20,000 nt of DNA. Origin: an uncultured virus (IMG/VR IMGVR_UViG_3300043411_001904). Lineage: Duplodnaviria; Heunggongvirae; Uroviricota; Caudoviricetes. The stretch is taken from IMG/VR virus record IMGVR_UViG_3300043411_001904; one strand, 5' to 3'. Within the stretch, counting starts at the first letter, position 1. Each line of letters opens with the position of its first letter. The notes below the pieces were generated by a model. That model had not been told where the DNA came from. It saw only the letters and a program-made list of their open reading frames with translations, and searched no databases. Both the position numbers and the translations under genes were made by a program. Below are positions 9,712 to 17,644 of this stretch, piece after piece.

Positions 9712-9745
9712 AAAGACCAGATAACCATCTGGTCTTTTCATTTTT
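9712..9745 (+). terminator. intrinsic terminator or attenuator between the RNA elements and the TROVE gene
   Basis: AAAGACCAGAT-AACC-ATCTGGTCTTT perfect 11-bp stem followed by TCATTTTT. Confidence 0.8.
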
Positions 9746-9762
9746 AAAAAATAACATATATT

Positions 9763-11259
9763 ATGTCAAAATTTAACACAACTCTTCAGAAGCCAAAAAA
9801 ATCCATCAATATAGCAGGTGGAGAATCATATAACCAATCTAAGAAGATAGAATTAGTATCAATATTATTAACATCTTTTGTCAATGATCAATTCTATAGA
9901 TCATCTAATGATACATTAGTTCGACTAAAAGAGTTAATCCGAGAAGTTGATCCTCTATTTGCGGCTAAAGCAGCTCTATTTGCAAGAGATAAATTTGGAA
10001 TGAGATCGATAAGTCATGTTTTAGCATCAGAAATCGCACATAATCTAGGAGGCAAGGAATGGGCAAAAAGTTTTTATGATAAAATAGTTGTAAGACTAGA
10101 TGACATGACAGAAATAGTATCCTATTACCTAAATAACAACACTGATAAGATAAATCCAAAATTTCCTAATTCAATGAAGAAAGGATTTGCGTCAGCATTT
10201 GATAGATATAATGAATATCATTTAGCTAAATATAGAGGTGAGAACAAGGAGGTCAAATTAGTTGATATAGTCAACTTAGTACACCCAATACCAACTGAAT
10301 CAAATGCTGAGGCTCTAAAAAGTCTTATAAATGGCACACTTAGAAATCTAGACACATGGGAATCCAAATTATCAAAGGCTGGTCAGTCGGAAGATGGTGA
10401 CGTCAATCAACTAAAATCAGAAGCATGGAAAGACTTAATAGAATCTAAAAAATTAGGATATTTCGCTGCCCTGAGAAACATCAAAAATATTTTAAATCAA
10501 TCTCCTGAACAAATAGATAATCTATGCTCTATCCTGACGAATGAAAAGATGATACAATCATCTAGAGTGATGCCATTCAGGTTCGATACTGCCTACAATG
10601 AGATCAAATCTCTAGGATCATCAAAGGATGTAAGAAAATGCTTAGTTGCTATAGATCAAGCATTGAACATATCAACATGTAATGTTCCAAAATTAGATGG
10701 AGAAACTTTAGTTGTAATTGATTCATCTAGTTCAATGAAAAGCAGACCATCTAGGACAGGACTATTGGGATCAACAAATATTCCTGATTCAATGAAGGAA
10801 AAGCCATACCAGATAGCATCCCTATTCGGTGCTATATTAGCTAAATCTAACATGTGTGATGTCATGACATTTGATAGAGATGCTAGATATGTGAATTATA
10901 ATCCAAATGATTCAGTCTTGACCATTAAAGATAGTTTTGTTTTCACGGGAGGTGCAACAAATTTCCACGCTATATTTGAATCAGCAAATAAAGCATACGA
11001 TAATATCATCATTCTAAGTGATTGCCAAGGCTGGGTAGGAAAAACAACTCCAACAGAGGCTTTCAAAAACTACAAATCTAGATTTAATTGCAATCCATAT
11101 ATCTATTCATGGGATTTAGCTGGATATGGATCATTACAATTTCCAGAAAATAACGTATTTTGTTTAGCAGGATTTTCAGAGAAGGTTTTTGATTTAATGT
11201 CAGCTCTGAAAGAAGACAAAAGAGCATTAATAAACGAAATCAAATCAATCTCTCTTTAA
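9763..11259 (+). CDS. Ro60/Rsr-like TROVE-domain RNA-binding protein with C-terminal vWA domain
   Basis: NIAGGESY, DQFY, ARDKFGMRS, YHLAKYR, LVDIVNLVHP, TWESKLS, LGYFAALRNI and SRVMPFRF; MIDAS DSSSSM...GATN...LSD. 498 aa. Confidence 0.93.
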   Translation: MSKFNTTLQKPKKSINIAGGESYNQSKKIELVSILLTSFVNDQFYRSSNDTLVRLKELIREVDPLFAAKAALFARDKFGMRSISHVLASEIAHNLGGKEWAKSFYDKIVVRLDDMTEIVSYYLNNNTDKINPKFPNSMKKGFASAFDRYNEYHLAKYRGENKEVKLVDIVNLVHPIPTESNAEALKSLINGTLRNLDTWESKLSKAGQSEDGDVNQLKSEAWKDLIESKKLGYFAALRNIKNILNQSPEQIDNLCSILTNEKMIQSSRVMPFRFDTAYNEIKSLGSSKDVRKCLVAIDQALNISTCNVPKLDGETLVVIDSSSSMKSRPSRTGLLGSTNIPDSMKEKPYQIASLFGAILAKSNMCDVMTFDRDARYVNYNPNDSVLTIKDSFVFTGGATNFHAIFESANKAYDNIIILSDCQGWVGKTTPTEAFKNYKSRFNCNPYIYSWDLAGYGSLQFPENNVFCLAGFSEKVFDLMSALKEDKRALINEIKSISL

Positions 11260-11293
11260 ATTCTGATTCGGATAATCTATTTTTAGAGGAATT

Positions 11294-11359
11294 AATCGAT
11301 CTCTTTGTTATACATAGATTTTCCAATCTACTTATGATAAAGGGATCGATTTTATTTTT
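11294..11359 (+). terminator. long hairpin downstream of TROVE (terminator, processing site or small RNA)
   Basis: About 25-bp imperfect stem at 11294-11351 with three G-U wobbles on the + strand and a TTCC loop, followed by TTATTTTT. Confidence 0.6.
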
Positions 11360-11429
11360 AAATCCTACCTTATGATCAATGTTCCTAGTGATTGGTAATC
11401 AGAATTAATTTGCACTTAGATGTATTTTC

Positions 11430-11464
11430 AAAATAAACCCCTCAAATCTGAGGGGTTTATTTTT
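11430..11464. terminator. bidirectional intrinsic terminator between convergent genes
   Basis: AAAATAAACCCCTCA-AATC-TGAGGGGTTTATTTT; overlaps the stop codon of the minus-strand nucleotidyltransferase. Confidence 0.85.
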
Positions 11465-12071
11465 GAGTAACAATTCTGAATTCAGAATTAATTTTATTCC
11501 TTAAATCTCTAAATTCAGTATCCAAATCATTCCATTTCCATTTCTTGGAGGATATTTCCTCATAGATCCAGTTTGCCTCTATAAAATCATATATATGATT
11601 AGATTTAGCAATTTGAGTACCAAACATAGGTATTCTCAAACTATGAAAAAGAGACTTAGTACCAAGATAATAATCTCCTTGCATCATTTTCTTTTTAGCT
11701 TTAACCCAAGAGTTTGAAGAAGTATGGGAGAATGAGTGTCTAAGAGAAGGAATACTAGGAACCCAGCTAATATCTATATCCTCCAAAAGTCTAAACTCAT
11801 CAGGAGCCATAAATGCCTCCACCTGAGACGTCTTATGATCTTTCAAGCAATTCATAAATCCATCGGGTGTCATAACATGAATATTAAAATCTCCCGATCT
11901 AATCTCTTGGTTAGATATCGACGTATTAGCAACAACAATCCAATCCCAGTCCGAATCATAGGATGCAGTTTGATAAACACGAGACCCAAATCCAAAAATG
12001 GCTTTAATTCGCACTGGATGTATTTTTGATCTCTTGATCACCTCATCTTTACTTGGAATATCATATTTCAT
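11457..12071 (-). CDS. DNA polymerase beta superfamily nucleotidyltransferase
   Basis: FGSRVY...SDWDWIVV matches the GS..DxD signature; a third acidic strand DFNIH follows, then a helical C-terminal region (KSLFHSLRI). Confidence 0.8.
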   Translation of the reverse strand: MKYDIPSKDEVIKRSKIHPVRIKAIFGFGSRVYQTASYDSDWDWIVVANTSISNQEIRSGDFNIHVMTPDGFMNCLKDHKTSQVEAFMAPDEFRLLEDIDISWVPSIPSLRHSFSHTSSNSWVKAKKKMMQGDYYLGTKSLFHSLRIPMFGTQIAKSNHIYDFIEANWIYEEISSKKWKWNDLDTEFRDLRNKINSEFRIVTQK

Positions 12072-12075
12072 ATTA

Positions 12076-12083
12076 CAAAGATA
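12076..12083 (-). promoter_or_regulatory. Bacteroidota-type -7 promoter element for the nucleotidyltransferase
   Basis: TATCTTTG (TAnnTTTG) on the minus strand, 4 nt upstream of the ATG; no clear -33 element. Confidence 0.5.
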
Positions 12084-12094
12084 ATATATATTTT

Positions 12095-12481
12095 ATGATT
12101 TATAGTTTCCAGAAATTTTTTGAAGGAAAGTCAAAATTTCCCAACATACAAGAAGTAAAAATAGGAGATTTCAAAGTACTCATTGGTAAAGATTCAGAAT
12201 CAAATGATTATCTAACAACTAAAATGGCTAATGAAAACGATATTTGGATGCACGCAAAAGGTGTCCCCGGAAGTCATGTTATAATAAGAGTAAAAGAAAA
12301 TCTACCAACTCTTGAACTAATAAAAGAGGTTGGAGAATTAGCAATAAAAAATTCAAAATATAAAACAGAGGGAACAGTTATATACTGCAAAGCTAAATTT
12401 GTAAAAAAGAAAAAAGAAATGAAACCGGGTCAAGTTTCTGTTGACTACAAAAATGCTTATGAAATTAAAATAAAAATATAA
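12095..12481 (+). CDS. stand-alone NFACT-R RNA-binding domain protein (domain shared with RqcH/Rqc2/NEMF)
   Basis: VLIGKDSESNDYLT...DIWMHAKGVPGSHVII...A...NSK...VIYC..KFVKK...PGQV. Start moved to ATG 12095 because 12053 overlaps the divergent gene. Confidence 0.9.
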   Translation: MIYSFQKFFEGKSKFPNIQEVKIGDFKVLIGKDSESNDYLTTKMANENDIWMHAKGVPGSHVIIRVKENLPTLELIKEVGELAIKNSKYKTEGTVIYCKAKFVKKKKEMKPGQVSVDYKNAYEIKIKI

Positions 12482-12493
12482 TATATACAAATT

Positions 12494-14059
12494 ATGGCTG
12501 GAACACAATCGGGTTTTCGTGATGAAAGAGTGGAAGGTGAGAATAGATGGGCGATGAAAGATGCTTTTAGATTAGCACAAGAAAGAAAAAGACAGGAAGA
12601 GGAAAAGAAGAAAGGAGCAAAACAAACTGTTGTGTCATCATACGTACCAGGAAAAATTACCAATATCTCTGGAAATATAACAGATGGGAAGAAGAAAAAT
12701 GAGCCAAAAATCGATCCTCTTCCACTGATAAAATTATCAGATGAAATATATGACATACTTGATGAAGTAAAAAGTCCGATAGGAAGATCAATTCTAGAAT
12801 TGGAAAGTTCTGCACTAGTTCATAATGGACTGAGAATTGAATTAATTGATGTTTCAAAATCCGATTGGTGCTTTGAGGTAAAAATAAGAGATAAATCTCA
12901 TAGCATGAAAATTGGAAAGTTTATCAGATACTATTTCAACACAACATATACACAAAGGGAGGTTTTCAATTTCTCTGAGGAATACAATAAATTAAAAAAA
13001 GGAACTGAAAAGGGACAAGGAGATAATGTGTCCAATTTTAGATTAATAAATTCAGACGAATATTCAAAAAAACAAGACCCAAATGATATAAAATCAACTT
13101 TTATATCCCTTGTTACAAAGACATACCCACATGGACACGAAGAAGAGGTCATGCACCTAATGCCAACGGATTTAACAAAAGACGAATTTGGTAACTATTA
13201 CAAAATAATTGGAAAGTCCACAACCATGTTTACTAGTCACTTGGACACGGCTGACCGAAACAAATCCAATACAGTTCTTTATGAGATGGAGAGGGATGGT
13301 CAAATTTATATAACAACAGATGGTACAACAATACTCGGAGCTGATGATAAATCTGGGGTCGCAGTTATGTTATATATGATGTCACATAATATACCTGGAG
13401 TATATTATTTTTTCATAGGAGAAGAAAGAGGTGGAATTGGATCAGGTAAGGTAGCTAATAATTTTGAAGGAATAACACACATACAAAAGTTAAAAAAATG
13501 TATATCATTTGATAGACGAAACTACTACTCGATAATAACTAGCCAAATGGGTAAAGAATGTTGTTCAGATGGATTTGCCACAGCACTCTCAAATGAATTA
13601 AATAAAGGTGGTTTAGAAATTTCTCTAGACCCAACAGGAATCTATACCGACTCAGCAAACTTTGTTGAAGATATACCGGAATGCACAAATATTTCTGTAG
13701 GATATTTCAATGAGCACACTGAAAGTGAATACCAGAATATAACATATTTAGAAAAATTATGCAAAGCTTGTCTAAATGTTGATTGGGAAAACCTACCAAT
13801 TAATCGAAAAGTTGGATTTGGTGAATCTCTAAGATCGAAATATAGAATTTTGTTCAAAGATTTTAGAAAGTGTGTATTTAACTCAGATGTAAGAATAGTA
13901 GGCGAAAATGATAGAGCGTTTATAAAAATCAATTTTGAGGACTCATCAATCAAAGAAGCAACGGAGGATCTTCTAATTCTATCTGGTATTTTAAGAAAAA
14001 ATAATATTGATCCAAATATATACTTCAGTGAGCAATATGTCAAAATTGAATTAAAATAA
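12494..14059 (+). CDS. M28/M20-clan zinc peptidase-like hydrolase with an N-terminal extension
   Basis: SHLDT, LGADDKSG, GEERGGIGS, SFDRR, YTDS and GYFNEHT motifs. Confidence 0.88.
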   Translation: MAGTQSGFRDERVEGENRWAMKDAFRLAQERKRQEEEKKKGAKQTVVSSYVPGKITNISGNITDGKKKNEPKIDPLPLIKLSDEIYDILDEVKSPIGRSILELESSALVHNGLRIELIDVSKSDWCFEVKIRDKSHSMKIGKFIRYYFNTTYTQREVFNFSEEYNKLKKGTEKGQGDNVSNFRLINSDEYSKKQDPNDIKSTFISLVTKTYPHGHEEEVMHLMPTDLTKDEFGNYYKIIGKSTTMFTSHLDTADRNKSNTVLYEMERDGQIYITTDGTTILGADDKSGVAVMLYMMSHNIPGVYYFFIGEERGGIGSGKVANNFEGITHIQKLKKCISFDRRNYYSIITSQMGKECCSDGFATALSNELNKGGLEISLDPTGIYTDSANFVEDIPECTNISVGYFNEHTESEYQNITYLEKLCKACLNVDWENLPINRKVGFGESLRSKYRILFKDFRKCVFNSDVRIVGENDRAFIKINFEDSSIKEATEDLLILSGILRKNNIDPNIYFSEQYVKIELK

Positions 14060-14532
14060 TGAAGAAGATCAACACATACAAATCATTCAACGAGTCCTGG
14101 GAAGAGGAAGAGGAAGATGAAAACGCATCCGATCTATATGATGGGATTGAAGAGCTAGGAGAGTTGGGAGACTTACCAGAGGATGACTTACCAGAGGATG
14201 ACTTTGATTCCGAAATGAACTATCTATGCGATACAATACAATCATTGTTTGATAATAGTGATTTATATGTAGATATAAATTATGAGGACCTAAACATCAC
14301 TGTATTCGTCTTTCTTGAAAAGGTAGAAAGAATGAAAAGCCTGACAAAGGCTTTTGACATAGCTAATAAATTAAGAAAAGATATATTACCACAATATGAG
14401 TCCGAATTTGAATTATACGAAAACAAGGAAGGATATCCTGTAATATGTTTTGAATTCACTATCAATGAAAATCCTAGGTCTGAAGAAGATGAAAGAAATC
14501 TATCTAGACTAAATGCTAGAGATTTTAGTTAG
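14059..14532 (+). CDS. acidic hypothetical protein (N-terminus MKKINTYKSFNES)
   Basis: 157 aa; TAATG stop/start overlap with the peptidase gene. Confidence 0.8.
   Translation: MKKINTYKSFNESWEEEEEDENASDLYDGIEELGELGDLPEDDLPEDDFDSEMNYLCDTIQSLFDNSDLYVDINYEDLNITVFVFLEKVERMKSLTKAFDIANKLRKDILPQYESEFELYENKEGYPVICFEFTINENPRSEEDERNLSRLNARDFS
14170..14204 (+). repeat. 15-bp in-frame tandem repeat (DLPED x2)
   Basis: GACTTACCAGAGGAT twice, plus GACTT. Confidence 0.85.
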
Positions 14533-14543
14533 AAAAGAATCAT

Positions 14544-14574
14544 TTTGAAATATCAATATATAAGTGTATATTTG
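14544..14574 (+). promoter_or_regulatory. Bacteroidota primary-sigma promoter for tmRNA
   Basis: TTTG(14544-47)-N19-TATATTTG(14567-74), ending 12 nt before the mature tmRNA 5' end. Confidence 0.75.
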
Positions 14575-14586
14575 TATTATCAATCT

Positions 14587-14950
14587 GGGGGCGTTAATGG
14601 AAATTGATTCATGACGTGAGGATGGTTGAGCAAGCATCGGTTGGTGGAGTCCGATTAAAATAAACTATCAAAACACAGCAAACGGCAACGTTTCTGAAGT
14701 AGGAACCCGTGAAGATCTAGTAGCGGCTCTACGCAACAATATCCTCGTTGCTAACGAGGTCGAAGTAGCCTAATAAGCTCTCGTAAAAGTTAGCACCTGA
14801 TTCAAACAGGTAAAAAGTTGATAGTTTTTTGTGAGCTGTTTTTGAGTCGAAACAACTCTCTTGTTTGAATGTTTAGAAAAACGTTCTAAGCCTGTGAACG
14901 ATTGATTTGATTCAATCATGAAAAAATCGGTTCGAATCCGATCGCCTCCA
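14587..14950 (+). ncRNA. ssrA: tmRNA (transfer-messenger RNA)
   Basis: Acceptor stem GGGGGCG/CGCCTCC with G3-U wobble and discriminator A; T-arm ATCGG-TTCGAAT-CCGAT; TTCATGA/TCATGAA helix 2; internal tag ORF 14678-14773; 364 nt. Confidence 0.93.
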
Positions 14951-14952
14951 CT

Positions 14953-14988
14953 AGAAAGAGGACACTTAAAGTGTCCTCTTTCTTTTTT
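14953..14988 (+). terminator. intrinsic terminator after tmRNA
   Basis: AGAAAGAGGACACTT-A-AAGTGTCCTCTTTCT inverted repeat followed by a T run. Confidence 0.9.
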
Positions 14989-15019
14989 AAACTTTTGTTG
15001 TTATTTAAGTAAAAGCAAA

Positions 15020-15520
15020 ATGATAAACACATTCACAGGAAGGTGGAGATTTCTATCAAATTTCTATCCAGTAAAAATTGAACACAAAGGTATAATATAC
15101 CCATCTGTAGAAAATTTCTATGTGGCAATGAAAATAAAGGAAGACCAGGTAATAAATAACAAATTTATCACCGCTCCGGACTGCCATGAATTAATATCTA
15201 AAATAAGAAATCCAGCTGAGGCAAAAAAATTAGGAAAAATCATTAAAGTCAGAAAGGATTGGGATGAAATAAAGTTCAAAATAATGGAATGGGGAGTAAA
15301 TGAGAAATTTAAAAATCCTGAACTCTCAAAAATGCTAATCGACACTGGAGAAGAGGAATTGATAGAGGGGAATTTCTGGCACGATGTCTACTGGGGAAAA
15401 TGCAATTGTGGTAGATGTGGAAACACTGGAGAAAATAATTTGGGAAAAATACTAATGTCAGTTAGAGAAAAAATAAAAAACAAACCAAAAGAACAAGAAT
15501 TAATCGTATCCAAAAAGTAA
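15020..15520 (+). CDS. NADAR family (YbiA-like) hydrolase
   Basis: FLSNFY, YPSVENFYVAMK, PAEAKKLG, DWDEIK, KF..L...L..TG...LIEGN..D.YWG and GENNLGKILM.VR. Start at ATG 15020 because 14918 lies inside the tmRNA. Confidence 0.92.
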   Translation: MINTFTGRWRFLSNFYPVKIEHKGIIYPSVENFYVAMKIKEDQVINNKFITAPDCHELISKIRNPAEAKKLGKIIKVRKDWDEIKFKIMEWGVNEKFKNPELSKMLIDTGEEELIEGNFWHDVYWGKCNCGRCGNTGENNLGKILMSVREKIKNKPKEQELIVSKK

Positions 15521-15552
15521 TGTAGATTCTACATAAAAAAATAAGCAATAAT

Positions 15553-16251
15553 ATGCCAAAAGCAAAAGTAATTAACAAAGAAAAACTATCACCAAAAGAA
15601 ACCCACTACCTACTAATAGTAGATGGATCATCATCAATGAGTCCTCTATCAAAATCAACAATAAGTGGAGTAAATGAACAAATTGATACTATAAAAAGCC
15701 TAGAAAAGGAATTTCCAGGTCAAAAGTATAACATGTCATTTATACACTTTAACAATGCCGTAACAATCGAATATACAAATAGACAAGTCAACGCCTTGGA
15801 ACACATCTCTGAGAATAACTATAAGTGTCAAGGAATGACAGCTCTTTTAGATGCTATAGGTGTTGGTGTAAGAAATCTAAACGAAAGGATAGGCGAAAAA
15901 ATATCCTCAGGAGAGGCATCAGCCGTTGTTGTTATAATAACCGATGGTGAAGAAAATGCATCAAAAGAATTTGATGGTGGAAAAGTAAAATCTATGATCG
16001 AGGAGCTCCAGAATACGGGAAGGTGGACATTCACTTTTGTCGGAGCAAATATCGACTCTATATCGACAGCAAAAAACTACGGAATAAACGTTAATAACGT
16101 CATGACATTTAGTGCAGATATACACTCAAATACCAAAGTATATAAATCAATGTCTAAATCGTTCGCAACAAGAGCCTCAACAATGGATGCAGGAACATAC
16201 CAATCTGATATATTCCTATCCGAAGAAGATAAGGATGTGACAACAAAATAA
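15553..16251 (+). CDS. stand-alone von Willebrand factor A domain protein
   Basis: MIDAS DGSSSM, GMTALLDAIG, IITDGEENAS and WTFTFVGAN. Confidence 0.9.
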   Translation: MPKAKVINKEKLSPKETHYLLIVDGSSSMSPLSKSTISGVNEQIDTIKSLEKEFPGQKYNMSFIHFNNAVTIEYTNRQVNALEHISENNYKCQGMTALLDAIGVGVRNLNERIGEKISSGEASAVVVIITDGEENASKEFDGGKVKSMIEELQNTGRWTFTFVGANIDSISTAKNYGINVNNVMTFSADIHSNTKVYKSMSKSFATRASTMDAGTYQSDIFLSEEDKDVTTK

Positions 16252-16279
16252 GGTAGATAGAACTCTATTTTTTGATAAT

Positions 16280-16308
16280 AAAAAAACCCACTCAATGTGG
16301 GTTTTTTT
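16280..16308 (+). terminator. intrinsic terminator after vWA gene
   Basis: AAAAAAACCCAC-TCAAT-GTGGGTTTTTTT. Confidence 0.85.
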
Positions 16309-16346
16309 AGGCGATATTATCTGGATATATATTTAATATATACATT

Positions 16347-17150
16347 ATGATTGCAAAAGATATCAAAGACAAAATATTTGAAAAGAAATTCTATGTGTAT
16401 CAGCTAATTGACCCACTCACAAATTTAGTTTTTTACATTGGGAAAGGAAATGGATATCGATGTTTCACACACGAATACCAATCCAAAAATGGAAATATAC
16501 CACATAATAATAAACATCTATTCAACAAGATTATTAAAATACTAAACACTGGAGACAAAATAGTATATAAAATAATTTTTACATCTGATATGGAAGAGGA
16601 ATGTTATGACCTTGAGGAAAAATCCATTCGGGAATATGGAATAGAAAAATTATGTAACATAGAATTGTCTAATAGGGGAGTCAAACACACAAATGAAACT
16701 CGAAAGAAAATATCAAAATCCCACACCGGTAAAATTCTATCAGAGCAGACTAAAGAGAAGCTCAGAATTATAAATATTGATAAAAAACAATCTGAAGAAA
16801 CAAAGAAGAAAAGATCAGATAAATTGAAAGGGAAGTCCACTCACATGAAAGGCAAAAACCACTCTGAAGAAACTAAGAGAAAAATATCCGAATCAAATAT
16901 TGGCAAAAAACACACAGAAGAGAGCATTCAAAAAATGAGAATTAAACACAAAGGTAAAATAATATCCGAAGAACAAAAAAGAAAAATTAAAGAAACTCTA
17001 ACAAAAGAAAGGATATCAGTAGTTAAAAATTGTGAAATATGTAATACAGAATTCGAAATAATAATAATTAAAGACGGCTCAAATCGAATAAAAAAATGTT
17101 GCAGTGGTAAATGTTCTTCAACATTGGCGAATAAAACTAGAATTAAATGA
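16347..17150 (+). CDS. free-standing GIY-YIG homing endonuclease with multiple NUMOD3 repeats
   Basis: FYVYQLIDP...FYIGKGNGYR; repeats HTNETRKKIS, QSEETKKKRS, HSEETKRKIS and HTEESIQKMR; C-terminal CEIC...CCSGKC. Confidence 0.87.
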   Translation: MIAKDIKDKIFEKKFYVYQLIDPLTNLVFYIGKGNGYRCFTHEYQSKNGNIPHNNKHLFNKIIKILNTGDKIVYKIIFTSDMEEECYDLEEKSIREYGIEKLCNIELSNRGVKHTNETRKKISKSHTGKILSEQTKEKLRIINIDKKQSEETKKKRSDKLKGKSTHMKGKNHSEETKRKISESNIGKKHTEESIQKMRIKHKGKIISEEQKRKIKETLTKERISVVKNCEICNTEFEIIIIKDGSNRIKKCCSGKCSSTLANKTRIK

Positions 17151-17644
17151 GCAGGAAATCAAACATTCGAAAAATTAAAAGAAATAACCAAACATCAAAA
17201 AATATCGAGGGAGCTTTATCGATGTATTTATATGAAAAGCAACACTCTCCTATTACAACACACTTCACTGGACTTGGGCTAGGAGAATGTGATGTAATAT
17301 CTGTCAGTAAATCAAATTACATTTATGAATATGAAGTTAAAATATCCAGATCGGATTTTTTTGCCGATTTTAAAAAAGACAAGCACACCCCAATGCTAGA
17401 AGGAAAAAGCACAAAAGGTGATATTTATCTATCTCCAAATTATTTCTATTTTGTATCACCAACAAATCTAATATCCATCGAAGAAGTACCCACATATTCA
17501 GGACTAATATACATGAATGACTTGTTACAGTTTACTATTGTAAAAAAAGCACCACTAATCCACAACGAAAAAGCCAATGATAGATTTATTCGAAAATTAT
17601 CACATAATCTTACTTGCAAACTCGTGTTTAATCCGAAACAATAG
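17147..17644 (+). CDS. PD-(D/E)XK nuclease-fold protein, MmcB-like
   Basis: ECDVISV...YEYEVKISRSDFFADFKK and PNYFYFVSP; ATGA overlap with the upstream gene. Confidence 0.75.
   Translation: MSRKSNIRKIKRNNQTSKNIEGALSMYLYEKQHSPITTHFTGLGLGECDVISVSKSNYIYEYEVKISRSDFFADFKKDKHTPMLEGKSTKGDIYLSPNYFYFVSPTNLISIEEVPTYSGLIYMNDLLQFTIVKKAPLIHNEKANDRFIRKLSHNLTCKLVFNPKQ

Noticed and set aside
9400..9760. CRISPR array or leader in the large intergenic gap
   Set aside because: No 25-45-nt direct repeats with regular spacers; only short shared motifs in two structured units.
12053..12094. Longer start for NFACT-R
   Set aside because: It overlaps the divergent nucleotidyltransferase start and promoter; ATG 12095 follows the ATATATA box.
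14926..14953. Stand-alone tRNA suggested by GGTTCGAATCC
   Set aside because: The acceptor partner lies about 350 nt upstream and there is no anticodon arm, so this is the tmRNA 3' end.
14918..15019. N-terminal extension of the NADAR ORF (MKKSVRIRSPP...)
   Set aside because: It overlaps the tmRNA T-arm and terminator; the family-like sequence begins at ATG 15020.
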